From the NCBI GenBank assembly GCA_021792255.1, contig JAJYUZ010000003.1, positions 1 to 64,000 on the forward strand: 64,000 nt of DNA. Direction: 5' to 3'. The position numbers and the translations under genes were made by a program. Under the pieces are notes generated by a model. It did no database searches, was not told the DNA's origin, and was given only the letters and a program-made list of their open reading frames with translations. The DNA comes from Thermoplasmata archaeon. GTDB taxonomy: Archaea; Thermoplasmatota; Thermoplasmata; Thermoplasmatales; GCA-001856825. Shown in pieces: positions 38,507 to 48,519 of this stretch. Each line of letters opens with the position of its first letter. Position 1 is the first letter of the stretch.

Positions 38507-39723
38507 AAGCAAAGTTTCTTGGAGGAGGAGATGAGGTCGGAAGACTAGGGATGGTTCTTTCGACGGAGAGGTACAAGTTCCTTTTCGATTATGGTATGAA
38601 TCCGACTAAACCTCCCACTTTTCCAATGTTTGCACCGAAGGTCGATGGAGTATTTGTAACACATTCGCACCTCGACCACGTTGGTATGCTTCCGTGGCTA
38701 AACAAAAATGGAGGAGCAAACGTTTACGCAACTCCCCCAACTCTTTCGGTGATACCGATTCTGCTATACGATACTGTGAAGATCGCGCGTCTGGAGGGAG
38801 GGAGCCTGCCATACGAAGAATTTGACGTTGATAGTATCATAGAGGCCTTTACTCCACTGAACTACGGCGAGACAATGGAATTCAAGGACCAGGACATAAC
38901 TCCTCATTCCACAGGCCACCTGATCGGCAGCAGCATGTACCTGGTGCAGAACGACAGCAAGATCGTTTTCACAGGTGACATACAGAGCATTGATACCCAC
39001 CTAATGTTCGGTGTCAAGCCTATCGATACTGACATTCTAGTCGTAGAGAGCACTTACGCAGGCAAGGAGCACCCGCCACGACCAAACGTTGAGGAGAATT
39101 TTCTGTCTTCGATTCAGAAGGTGGTGGAGAACGACGGAGTGGCAATAGTACCTGCATTCGCCACAGGAAGAGCTCAGGAATTACTCATGGTGCTGGAAAA
39201 TACTGACTATGAAATATGGATGGACGGTATGGCAAGAACAGTCTGTAACGTTCTATTGAGCTTCCCGAAATACATAAAGAATTACCAGAGGTACAAGAAG
39301 ATGCTGAGGAGAGTGAGGATGGTGAGAAGCAAGTCCGATCGTGAGAAGGCACTGGGAGGGGATGTGATCATTACCACCAGCGGAATGTTAGATGGAGGAC
39401 CCGTGCTCAATTACATTTCACAACTTAACGATCCGAAGAATGGACTATTCCTTACCGGGTACCAGGTGGAGGACACGAATGGAAGAATGCTTCTGGAAAC
39501 TGGTAGCATAGACCTAGCAGGAGTGGCTACCAAGGTCAATATGGATGTAAAGTTCTTCGATTTCTCGGCTCATTCTGGACACAAGGAACTTCTAGAATTC
39601 ATTGAAGGTTGCAGACCAGACAAAGTTGTTCTTATGCACGGAGAGAAGAGGGAGGAGCTGTCTAAGAACCTGACTTCTTCCAAAGTCATCCTGCCGAAGA
39701 ACGGAGAAGAGTTTGAACTCTGA
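38503..39723 (+). CDS. MBL/beta-CASP ribonuclease (aCPSF2-like)
   Basis: THSHLDHVG, GHLIGS, ESTYA, FSAHSG, MHGE; no KH domains. Confidence 0.92.
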   Translation: MKAKFLGGGDEVGRLGMVLSTERYKFLFDYGMNPTKPPTFPMFAPKVDGVFVTHSHLDHVGMLPWLNKNGGANVYATPPTLSVIPILLYDTVKIARLEGGSLPYEEFDVDSIIEAFTPLNYGETMEFKDQDITPHSTGHLIGSSMYLVQNDSKIVFTGDIQSIDTHLMFGVKPIDTDILVVESTYAGKEHPPRPNVEENFLSSIQKVVENDGVAIVPAFATGRAQELLMVLENTDYEIWMDGMARTVCNVLLSFPKYIKNYQRYKKMLRRVRMVRSKSDREKALGGDVIITTSGMLDGGPVLNYISQLNDPKNGLFLTGYQVEDTNGRMLLETGSIDLAGVATKVNMDVKFFDFSAHSGHKELLEFIEGCRPDKVVLMHGEKREELSKNLTSSKVILPKNGEEFEL

Positions 39724-39728
39724 AAAAC

Positions 39729-40661
39729 ATGCTAAGGGAGAAAGTACTAGACGTACTGTTCAGTGAAGAAATTACACAGAAAGAACTGACGTCCAGACTC
39801 AAGTCTTCCCGGTCAAGGATTTCTGAGGTTTTGAAACAACTCGAAAGAGAGAAACTCATCACAAGAAAGAGGGTAAGCGAGAGAACCGTTCTTGTTTCCC
39901 TGAACCATTCCAGGACACTGAGAGTGGGAGTCGTGAGGAGTTCGGAATACGCTCACGTAGTTTCTGCCCTGTACGGGCTGAAAGAAAAAGTGCCGTTCAG
40001 AATCAAGGTGTACGAAAACAGTCTCGAGGCGCTCAGAGACCTTGTGACTGGCTACCAGGACATCGTCGCGAGTCCAATGATATCAGGGTACTTCTTCCAT
40101 CTGATAGACAACAACATAAAACCAATCGCAGGGGTTGCAATGGGTGGGGCTGGTCTGATAAAGAGAAGTGAGGGAGGAAAAATTGGTACAACTCCACTTT
40201 CTAGAATGGACAAAGATTCGAGAGAATATAAGAATTACGAACGGACCTACTACAGGAGCATTGACGACATACTTCAAGCGTACAGGAAGAGAGAGATAGA
40301 TGCCGCAGAAATATGGGAACCTTTTCTATCGATCAACAAGGGAATAGGGAAGAGTCCCAGTGGAATGTGCTGCTGTCTATTCACTCAGGTGAACGACAGA
40401 AAATCAATTGAACTGTTCTTAGAGAATTACCTGGAGAGTGTTGAAACAGGACTTCCTCGAGCCAAGAGGAAGCGGATTGCAGAAATATTGAGTGGCCTAA
40501 TTGGCGTAAAGGAGAAAGTCATAGACGCGAGCTTTGACTCGTACATTTTCACTGCTTCGATCAGCAGGATCGACGTAGAAAATCAAATTGCGAGTTTCGG
40601 TTTACCACAGGTGAAAGGGGTGGAAAACTTTCTTGAAAGATGTTCCAAAGTTTCCTTATGA
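39729..40661 (+). CDS. HTH regulator fused to a periplasmic-binding-protein-like domain
   Basis: ITQKELTSRL..SRSRISEVLKQLE wHTH; TLRVGVV, IDAAEIWEPF resemble NitT/TauT binding proteins; CCC motif. Confidence 0.7.
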   Translation: MLREKVLDVLFSEEITQKELTSRLKSSRSRISEVLKQLEREKLITRKRVSERTVLVSLNHSRTLRVGVVRSSEYAHVVSALYGLKEKVPFRIKVYENSLEALRDLVTGYQDIVASPMISGYFFHLIDNNIKPIAGVAMGGAGLIKRSEGGKIGTTPLSRMDKDSREYKNYERTYYRSIDDILQAYRKREIDAAEIWEPFLSINKGIGKSPSGMCCCLFTQVNDRKSIELFLENYLESVETGLPRAKRKRIAEILSGLIGVKEKVIDASFDSYIFTASISRIDVENQIASFGLPQVKGVENFLERCSKVSL

Positions 40662-42435
40662 ATTATACCCGTGGCAGGAGATGATCTTTCAGAGGCTAGA
40701 ACAGAGTGAAAGGAATTCTGTTATTCTCGAAAGTCCGACGGGATCTGGAAAGACTATCGCTATTCTCTATCACGTGATATCCAAATATCCGGATAGAAGG
40801 GTCGTCTTCCTTACCAGAACCAACTCTCAGGGAGAGAACTTGCTGAGAGAGGCTAGAAAACTCGGAATCAACAGGGTGATGACTTTTTTTGGGCGGGGAG
40901 AGATGTGTCTCTACAAGAAGCAGGCATCCGAGATGTCACAGGGAACCCCGGAAGAACAGAGTAACTACTGCAGGTCGCTAGTCGAGAAGAACAAGAACGG
41001 AAAGGGGGGCTGCCCTTATGGAACCAATTATTATTCGGGATGGAAAAAGGGAATCATGTCGCAGGAGGACTTCCTCGAGCTAGGAAATGAAGACTACTGC
41101 CCCTATTTCGCGCAAAAGAGACTAGCGACAGAATCCAACATCTTGGCTACTTCTTATTCATTCTTTCTTAACCCATTCATAAGAGAAAGATTCCTTGGGT
41201 GGATGGAGGCAGAACTGAAAGACATAATTCTGATAGCAGATGAGGCACACAACATACCCGACCTTACGAGAAATCTCTTGTCGATGAGACTGACACACAA
41301 CAGCCTTGCAAGCTGTTCAAAGGAAATAGATCAGTATGGCGATATTTTACTCAACAAAGTCAATGCTTCCTTCATAATCGATTCGGTGAGCGAATCCCTG
41401 ACTGCGCTCCTGAAGGAAGGGGACAGAATTATAACTACCCAGGATGTGACGGAAGCGTTCATGGAATCCTTCCAGATGAATTCTCTGGACATCAAGAACC
41501 TCCTTTCTCAGCTTGCGAATTTTGGCCTCTCAATCAGAGAATCAAAAAGCATCGAAGGAAGACTGCCGAGGAGTTACATTTACAATGTATCAGTGCTGGC
41601 TTCCAGACTCATGGAAGATGATGAAAGCTACAGGGTGATTATTTCCCACAATGATGAACCCACTGGGATAAGTCTGATGAACCTCGAAACGTACGAAATT
41701 CTTCGCTTTTTCGGAAATACATATCGATCGTTCTTCATGTCCGGAACCGTATCTCCGTTCAATAAGTTCATCGATGAAACGGGGATCCAGAATCCTGAGA
41801 AAATAATCGTCAAGGCAGATTACTTGGTGAAAAACCTGAAGGTCTTGTTCGTCGAAGATGTGACCTCGAAATTTACTCTCAAGGACGAATCGAGGGAAAG
41901 GATGAACTCTTACATTAGAGAAATAGTTGAAAAGGTCAAGAGGAACAAGATCATTTTTTGTACCTCGTACGAACAGCTTTCATCCTTTTTGGAGCTTGAA
42001 ATGAATGGAAGAATCTACTTCGAAAGGAAGGGGATGAGTAACGAAGAATTTCTCTCGCTACTGGCAAACTACAAGGAAAAAGGAGGAAATCTTTTCGCAG
42101 TGATCAACGGGCGCATTTCCGAAGGAATAGATTTGCCAGGCAAGCTGGTCGAGGTAGCCGTCCTAGCAGGCATACCCTATCCTCCACCCTCACCGGAAAC
42201 TTCTGCAATGGAACTCTTCTATGAAATGAAGTTCAGGAGGGGCTGGGAGTACGCCTACGATGCTGTAGCATCGACGAGGATGAGGCAGGCTATTGGAAGA
42301 CTAATAAGGAGCCCTGAAGAAAGAGGTGTAGCAGTAATCCTCGACTCCAGAGCCAGAAAATTCAGGGCAGATCTACCCAATCTCTACCTGAGTAAGGATG
42401 TCATAGCAGATACGAACGAGTTTCTGGCTCAGTAG
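40633..42435 (+). CDS. xpd: XPD/Rad3 Fe-S DNA helicase
   Basis: SPTGSGKT, four Fe-S cysteines, DEAH, SGT, QAIGRLIR. Confidence 0.94.
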   Translation: MKDVPKFPYELYPWQEMIFQRLEQSERNSVILESPTGSGKTIAILYHVISKYPDRRVVFLTRTNSQGENLLREARKLGINRVMTFFGRGEMCLYKKQASEMSQGTPEEQSNYCRSLVEKNKNGKGGCPYGTNYYSGWKKGIMSQEDFLELGNEDYCPYFAQKRLATESNILATSYSFFLNPFIRERFLGWMEAELKDIILIADEAHNIPDLTRNLLSMRLTHNSLASCSKEIDQYGDILLNKVNASFIIDSVSESLTALLKEGDRIITTQDVTEAFMESFQMNSLDIKNLLSQLANFGLSIRESKSIEGRLPRSYIYNVSVLASRLMEDDESYRVIISHNDEPTGISLMNLETYEILRFFGNTYRSFFMSGTVSPFNKFIDETGIQNPEKIIVKADYLVKNLKVLFVEDVTSKFTLKDESRERMNSYIREIVEKVKRNKIIFCTSYEQLSSFLELEMNGRIYFERKGMSNEEFLSLLANYKEKGGNLFAVINGRISEGIDLPGKLVEVAVLAGIPYPPPSPETSAMELFYEMKFRRGWEYAYDAVASTRMRQAIGRLIRSPEERGVAVILDSRARKFRADLPNLYLSKDVIADTNEFLAQ

Positions 42436-42974
42436 GGGACGCTCTTCACCTTGAGCTTGTAACCAAGAATGTTGACCGCTCTATGAATTAGCGGAGTCAC
42501 GATCAGTATTGCTAGAATCCCTTCCCACGGGAAGAGCACCATAGCACTCGGCCAAAATAAAAGGTAAAAAAACGCAAGCGCAAAAAGTGCAAACGGATAC
42601 TGGTCAAGGAATAGGGACTCGGTGCCGGGAGCCCTTCCGATCCTTCTCTTTATGAAGGATCCTATCAAATCGCCCAGCATAGAGAAGAGGGAAAGCGCTG
42701 TTACCATGTAAAGTATCGTGGCGAACTGATTTGAAAAAGTGAGTTCTCTGATGCCCAGGAATAAGAAGAGATAGTTCAGTAACAGTCCAATCAGGGATCC
42801 TGCCAGAATGCCACCCAGAAAACCCGACCAGGTCTTGTGATCTCCGAATATTCTCTTTCCGTTCCAGCTCCTTCCATTGTCTATAACGTAGTGCCCACCC
42901 GTTATCACGGCGCTGGGGTTAGCTATGAACGCAGGTACAAAGAGGATGAGTGAAGAGATGAACGAAGGAATCAC
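42429..42974 (-). CDS. carS: CDP-archaeol synthase
   Basis: PAFIAN, GKRIFGDHKTW, GDLIGSFIKRR, LDQ. Confidence 0.93.
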   Translation of the reverse strand: MIPSFISSLILFVPAFIANPSAVITGGHYVIDNGRSWNGKRIFGDHKTWSGFLGGILAGSLIGLLLNYLFLFLGIRELTFSNQFATILYMVTALSLFSMLGDLIGSFIKRRIGRAPGTESLFLDQYPFALFALAFFYLLFWPSAMVLFPWEGILAILIVTPLIHRAVNILGYKLKVKSVPY

Positions 42975-43057
42975 GTTCGGCCAGAGTTTGCCAAAATATA
43001 ACTATTTCTTAAAAAAAACCGAAGGTTTTTCTATACATGCCTACTTAGCCTGCAAGG

Positions 43058-44599
43058 ATGGAAACCTCTAGGCCCGCGTGGATATTGCTGCAGAACGCAT
43101 ATGGACTGGTAGTGGGGTATGTGACGTACCTTCTAATCCTTAGAGACGCGGGGGTTTCGGCCTTCGGAATATTCTCTTTCGCCCTTTCTTTTGGAATGAT
43201 TTTTTCCTTTCTTTCGGACCTTGGTATCAACACTGCGCATACCAGAATGATAGCAGCAGGTAAGGACAGAAACGAGTACAACAACGCTCTGGTCTTCATG
43301 AAATTCCTTCTTACTCTTTTGTACGTAGGAACGATCTTCGTTTCCATTATCGTGTGGACTCTCGTCCTTCACAAAGGGTTCGACTCTCCGTACGAATATC
43401 TCAGCATACTGCTGCTTCTTCCATACTTCATTTCTTTACCCTACATCCAGGCAAACAAGGCATTCTTCACGGGCACACTGGAAGCTGTCAAGGTTGCCGT
43501 TCCTCCGATGGTCGAGTCGACCGTAAGGCTCCTGGCGGTTGTAGTGTTGATTCACTACGACATATTCCACTTTGCATCTTCTGGGACGGGACTGATAAGG
43601 ATGTCGTTGCTCATTGCTGCATCTTATTCGATATCCTATGTCGCTTATGCAATCCTAGGTTTCTGGATTGGCAGACCATGGAAACTCAGATTGCCACGTT
43701 ATGAGACAATCAAGGATTACATGAAATATTCCTACCCTCTTACGGGGGCCGCTGTTGCGAGCGCAGTGTCCGCAAACGTCGCACAAATCTTGATTCAGTT
43801 ATTCTACGAGTCTCACGCACTCGGGGGCTATGCCAGCGATCTGAGATTTATCCTGATGATCACCGGTTTTACTACGTCCGTAACTATACTGATCCTACCA
43901 CTGCTCACAACAAAATTGGGTGATCACGTAGAGTATGGAAGGACCGTGGGACTGTCCGTCAAATACCTGACCGTGTTCATAACTCCCATCACCGTGTTTG
44001 CGATCATATTTGCGTCCCCACTACTCAATCTCTGGACATCGCAGTTGCTTCCTTTTGCCATTGCACTCCAGCTGATGCTCATAGGATCTTGGTTTACCAC
44101 AATGGCGATTCCATTCTGGACTCATTTCAATGCCACTGGTAAAACTGGTATTTCAGGCGCTTTGAACGTTTTTGGTTATCTCCTCATTATCATTTTCGAT
44201 TTCATTCTCATACCCAAGTACCTTCTTGGAGTCAGACTGGTGGGTTGGGGAGTGAACGGAGCCGCAGCGGCTATGTTGATCTCTGGCGTTTCAATTCTTT
44301 TGACTTCAATGATCGCTCTCTTGAGGAAAATTAAGATCGACCTCACATTCCAGTCGATAAAGAGCATTCTGGTTTCAATCTTGCTCGGCGCCCTATTTTA
44401 TTACTTTCTGCATAGCTATCCTAGACTACCTACACTATGGATACTGACTCTATTCGTTGCATATACCCTCGCATACCTTGGGCTGATTTTGGTGACAAAG
44501 ACTCTCTCGAGGCAAGAACTAATAGACATACTAGACATGATGAACCTGAAGAAACTCTTCAAGTATGGCATTCAAGAGTTGAAACACAGATCTCAATAG
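43058..44599 (+). CDS. Oligosaccharide flippase (Wzx/MATE-like)
   Basis: 12-14 TM, FLSDLGI, GVNGAAAA. Confidence 0.85.
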   Translation: METSRPAWILLQNAYGLVVGYVTYLLILRDAGVSAFGIFSFALSFGMIFSFLSDLGINTAHTRMIAAGKDRNEYNNALVFMKFLLTLLYVGTIFVSIIVWTLVLHKGFDSPYEYLSILLLLPYFISLPYIQANKAFFTGTLEAVKVAVPPMVESTVRLLAVVVLIHYDIFHFASSGTGLIRMSLLIAASYSISYVAYAILGFWIGRPWKLRLPRYETIKDYMKYSYPLTGAAVASAVSANVAQILIQLFYESHALGGYASDLRFILMITGFTTSVTILILPLLTTKLGDHVEYGRTVGLSVKYLTVFITPITVFAIIFASPLLNLWTSQLLPFAIALQLMLIGSWFTTMAIPFWTHFNATGKTGISGALNVFGYLLIIIFDFILIPKYLLGVRLVGWGVNGAAAAMLISGVSILLTSMIALLRKIKIDLTFQSIKSILVSILLGALFYYFLHSYPRLPTLWILTLFVAYTLAYLGLILVTKTLSRQELIDILDMMNLKKLFKYGIQELKHRSQ

Positions 44600-44629
44600 T
44601 GTTTTATCTTTCAATTTCATCATAAAACT

Positions 44630-45028
44630 GTGCCTGTTGAAACCATCGAACACACGGCTGATGTCCGGCTCAGAGCGTGGGGAAAATCATTTCAGGGAAC
44701 ACTCCTCGAACTGTCAAATCACATGCTGAAGCTGATTTACGGCAAGGAAATACTACCTGACGCTCTATTGAGTTCCGAAATCGAATACGACTCTGATGAG
44801 AGCTGTGTTGCTAAATTGCTTAACGACCTCATTTACAGATCTGAATCTTCAAGGTTGGCCATTAAGGTCAGGAAAATCACCCTCTGCAAAGGAATGGTGA
44901 GATGGGATGGAGTGGGAGAAGGGATTGACCTGAGGGAGAGGGGGTCTATGCTGGTAAAGGCAGCCACCTATGATAGAATTATTGTGTCTAAAGACCCCGC
45001 CCTTATCGAAGTGACGCTTGATATTTAG
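44630..45028 (+). CDS. Archease
   Basis: EHTADV, VKAATY, terminal LDI. Confidence 0.92.
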   Translation: MPVETIEHTADVRLRAWGKSFQGTLLELSNHMLKLIYGKEILPDALLSSEIEYDSDESCVAKLLNDLIYRSESSRLAIKVRKITLCKGMVRWDGVGEGIDLRERGSMLVKAATYDRIIVSKDPALIEVTLDI

Positions 45029-45078
45029 GTTAAAACCCGACCCAGAATAACTAAAATAAGAAGAATGTATGACTTGAC

Positions 45079-45420
45079 ATGGCCAAAGATGATAATTTCA
45101 TCTTCGAAGATTCTAAGAAACTGTTGATATCGGATGACATAATTGTCCAAGCTATTCAGGAACTGTACAAAGATGAAATAAAGGAAAGGATAAGAGAGAA
45201 ACTTAAGGCCAATCCAAGAATGGAAGAAGAACTGAAAGAAGCCATCAAGGATTACTCGAGAGGAAAACTGCTCGAGGCAGGAGCCCAAGGTAAGCTGCTC
45301 AAAGTGGTCGCTGAACTTGGGCTGATCTCGATGCCGGAATCGTTCAGGGATGAGTTAGTGAAGACAATATTGAAGGCAATCGGACCGGAGATCGACACAC
45401 TTCTCAAAAACACTCTTTAG
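45079..45420 (+). CDS. Hypothetical helical protein
   Basis: 113-aa ORF abutting the next gene (TAG ATG). Confidence 0.75.
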   Translation: MAKDDNFIFEDSKKLLISDDIIVQAIQELYKDEIKERIREKLKANPRMEEELKEAIKDYSRGKLLEAGAQGKLLKVVAELGLISMPESFRDELVKTILKAIGPEIDTLLKNTL

Positions 45421-46485
45421 ATGAAGCTTACCATAAACAAAGTTCTCATTCTCGTCTTAGGTTCGGCCTATCTGATTATAGTACTTTTAAGGAGAAGCAT
45501 CTACTCCGCAGGTTTGGTTGACTGGAATACTATTGCCATACTATCCTCGCTGATCGTGGTAAACACCGGACTAATGTATTCCGGCGGTCTGAACTACGTA
45601 GCTTACAAGATTATGAGGGTGACCAATGGGAGAAGAAAGCTGATAGTCGTATCGGTTCTCCTGACGGCATTTATGGCAATGTTCCTTACAAACGACGTTT
45701 CTCTGCTCGTCCTCATTCCTCTGACTATCGCCATCGGAAAATTTGCGAGAAAGAATCTCGATGACGTGATTATATTTCAGGCGATAGCCGCCAACGTGGG
45801 TTCGATGCTCACTCCATTTGGAAACCCCCAGAACATCATAATATTTCGATTGTACTCCCTCAACTTTCTGGAGTTCGTCAAGACTATGCTTCCGATATTC
45901 CTCGTCTCCCTGGCAATATTGATCGTCTTTTCTCTGATATTCAAAAACGAAGAATTTCTGACCCAGAAAACCGAAGAAAAACCTCATGTTTACTTCTTTT
46001 GGCTCTTTACCGGACTGCTGATAATCACCATAGTTGGTATGCTTCTAAATGCAACCATATACCTCTTCGCAGGTGTGATAACTTTTTCGCTGCTTGCTCT
46101 TTTCTTTTTCGAGCCTCAGACTGTTGTAAAAGTCGATTACGTGCTGATAGCAGTCTTCATCCTAATTTTCCTCGTGATGAACTCGATCAGATCCCTCATT
46201 CCATTACCCATTCTTGGAGGTGGGGTTCAAACTTTCTTCTCTTCCATTATCTTGTCCCAGTTCATATCCAACGTTCCAACGACCGTTCTCTTCGGGAAGG
46301 CCTCTTCTTGGGCAGTTCTCTCCTACGGTGTCAACATAGGAGGGAATGGAACGGTGGTCGCTTCTCTTGCCAACATAATCGCTCTGAGAAATTTGTCTGG
46401 CAAGAACTTCCTCAAGTTCAATAAATATTCTTTTCTGTTCCTTGTAGTGACTGCAGTTCTGGGCTATCTCATACTGTTCAGATAA
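45421..46485 (+). CDS. ArsB/NhaD (YbiR-like) anion permease
   Basis: FLTNDV, ANVGSMLTPFGNPQN, SQFISNVP, GGNGTVVASLANII. Confidence 0.9.
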   Translation: MKLTINKVLILVLGSAYLIIVLLRRSIYSAGLVDWNTIAILSSLIVVNTGLMYSGGLNYVAYKIMRVTNGRRKLIVVSVLLTAFMAMFLTNDVSLLVLIPLTIAIGKFARKNLDDVIIFQAIAANVGSMLTPFGNPQNIIIFRLYSLNFLEFVKTMLPIFLVSLAILIVFSLIFKNEEFLTQKTEEKPHVYFFWLFTGLLIITIVGMLLNATIYLFAGVITFSLLALFFFEPQTVVKVDYVLIAVFILIFLVMNSIRSLIPLPILGGGVQTFFSSIILSQFISNVPTTVLFGKASSWAVLSYGVNIGGNGTVVASLANIIALRNLSGKNFLKFNKYSFLFLVVTAVLGYLILFR

Positions 46486-46513
46486 GATTAATACAAAAAG
46501 GCGATAGCAACTC

Positions 46514-47797
46514 ATGCAAATCCTGCTTAAGGATGGAATCCTGCTAACAGAGGATCACTCTCCAAAGAAAATGGACCTGTTTATAGACGGAAATTTGATA
46601 TCACAGATTTCGGATAAAATTAGAGTCGAGGCGGAGTACGTCATTAACTGCAATAACAAAATTGTCTCTCCTGGATTTGTCAACATGCACACTCACGTTG
46701 CCATGAGCAACATGAGGACACTATTTGATGACATGCAGTTCTCTAGATTCTTGGAAACGGGGTTCAAACTGGATTCCGTAAGAACTGACGAAGAAGTGTA
46801 CTACGGTAGCAAGCTTGGTATTGCTGAGATGCTGAGGAAGGGAACCACCACTTTTCTTGACATGTATTATAGTGAGAATATGGTGGCAAAGGCCGTCCAG
46901 GAACTTGGTATACGTGCCTATCTCGGATGGAGCATAGTAAACAAAAATCAAACAACTCAAAAGGGAGAACCGCTAAAGAATGCAGAACAATTCATCTCAG
47001 AATTCAGGGGGAAAGACCTCATTACTCCCCTTCCTGCTCCACACGGAATTTACTCATGCGACAGGGACGATCTCATAGCTGCTAAGGAGCTAGCCGACAG
47101 GTATGACCTTCCTTATACCATTCATTTGAGTGAAAATAGGAGAGAGGTGTATGACATCGTCAAGAAAGAGAAAAAACGACCGGTCGAATACCTGGACGGA
47201 CTGGGTTTCTTGAGCAACAGACTTATTGCTTCGCACACCATATACGTAACACTAAATGAAATCAAGATCTTAGGAAAAAAAGGTGTGACTGTCGTCAACA
47301 ATCCGGTAAGCAATATGAAACTCGCGAACGGCAACTTTGTGCCTGCTCTTGAGATGATACAGCACGGAGCCAATTTCACGCTAGGGACCGACTCTGCTGC
47401 GACCAGTAATTCGTTAGATATGCTAGAGAATGCAAAACTCTCATCCCTGCTCCAGAAAAATTACAGAGAAGAGGGGCAAATCTTGCCACCATCTCAGGTA
47501 ATAGATTTTATGACCAAGAATCCGTGGAAGGTTCTTGGAAAGAATTCTGGGATTCTGAAAGAGGGTGCGCTTGCGGACATTACTGTTATTGGTGAGAGCA
47601 TTTCACAGATTCCATTAAGGAAGGAAAATGCAGAAAATATCTTGATCTATTCTTCAAACGGAAACGATGTCGAACAAACCATAGTGAACGGAAAATTGCT
47701 GTACTCACAGGGAAACTACTATGGGCTGAACATAGAAGAGCTCAGAGAGAAAAATAAGGAGATTTTCAACCACTACAGTTCACTTATGAATTCGTGA
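46514..47797 (+). CDS. Metal-dependent amidohydrolase (MtaD/DadD-like deaminase)
   Basis: PGFVNMHTH, PHGIY, IHLSE, NPVSNMKL, LGTDSAATSN. Confidence 0.88.
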   Translation: MQILLKDGILLTEDHSPKKMDLFIDGNLISQISDKIRVEAEYVINCNNKIVSPGFVNMHTHVAMSNMRTLFDDMQFSRFLETGFKLDSVRTDEEVYYGSKLGIAEMLRKGTTTFLDMYYSENMVAKAVQELGIRAYLGWSIVNKNQTTQKGEPLKNAEQFISEFRGKDLITPLPAPHGIYSCDRDDLIAAKELADRYDLPYTIHLSENRREVYDIVKKEKKRPVEYLDGLGFLSNRLIASHTIYVTLNEIKILGKKGVTVVNNPVSNMKLANGNFVPALEMIQHGANFTLGTDSAATSNSLDMLENAKLSSLLQKNYREEGQILPPSQVIDFMTKNPWKVLGKNSGILKEGALADITVIGESISQIPLRKENAENILIYSSNGNDVEQTIVNGKLLYSQGNYYGLNIEELREKNKEIFNHYSSLMNS

Positions 47798-48519
47798 ACC
47801 GTTTTGTGATCTCTCTTTGCAATTTTCTCTGACGCTTTTTTGAACCCGGATGAATACTGAGAGGCCCTCTTTTGTCTCCACGCCATCTCCCGCTCCAGTC
47901 CCAGTTTGCTTGCGATCGAACGCAATGAATACTTTCTTGTACCATCCGTGATGTTCTGGTGCCTCAGAATCTTCGATGATGCTTCTACAACCTTTTCGTG
48001 CAGGTAAGGGTAAACAAGCTCTTTGCCATAGGAACCAGCAATCTTTCTTTCTAAAGGTACGATGTGGCTCATAACCCTCTGGAAATCTTCTCTTGAGGTG
48101 TCTTTGGTCTCATACTTTTTATAACCCAGAAATAATTCATCAGCCCCCTGACCAGTAACAAGTACAGAATCGGTAGACTCTTTAGCGATGAAATACAGTG
48201 GCAGTTCGATTAGGAGCAGCAAAGAAGACGTCTCTCCGGTCAGTCGCTTGATGTTTCTGATCCCCTCTATTATCTCCTCTTCCTTTATTGAAAGAAACTC
48301 GAGCGGAAGTCCAAGGATTTCTGCTGCTTTGGGCGTCCATTCATGGTCGTGTGAACCGATTGTACCCGAACAGTAAAGGCGGACGCCCTTACCTTCTCTC
48401 TTCAATAGGTAAGCAAGGAATGAGCTGTCGAGTCCTCCAGAAAATAGTACTCCGACCCGATCTGGAACATCTCGAATTGATTTCTCCAGTGCCTCTTCTA
48501 GCTCGTTTTCCCATTCCAT
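47773..48519 (-). CDS. Asparagine-synthase C-terminal (PP-loop) domain protein without a glutaminase domain
   Basis: FSGGLDSS, TGQGADELFLGY, YPYL, RQKRASQYSSG. Confidence 0.88.
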   Translation of the reverse strand: MEWENELEEALEKSIRDVPDRVGVLFSGGLDSSFLAYLLKREGKGVRLYCSGTIGSHDHEWTPKAAEILGLPLEFLSIKEEEIIEGIRNIKRLTGETSSLLLLIELPLYFIAKESTDSVLVTGQGADELFLGYKKYETKDTSREDFQRVMSHIVPLERKIAGSYGKELVYPYLHEKVVEASSKILRHQNITDGTRKYSLRSIASKLGLEREMAWRQKRASQYSSGFKKASEKIAKRDHKTVHEFISEL

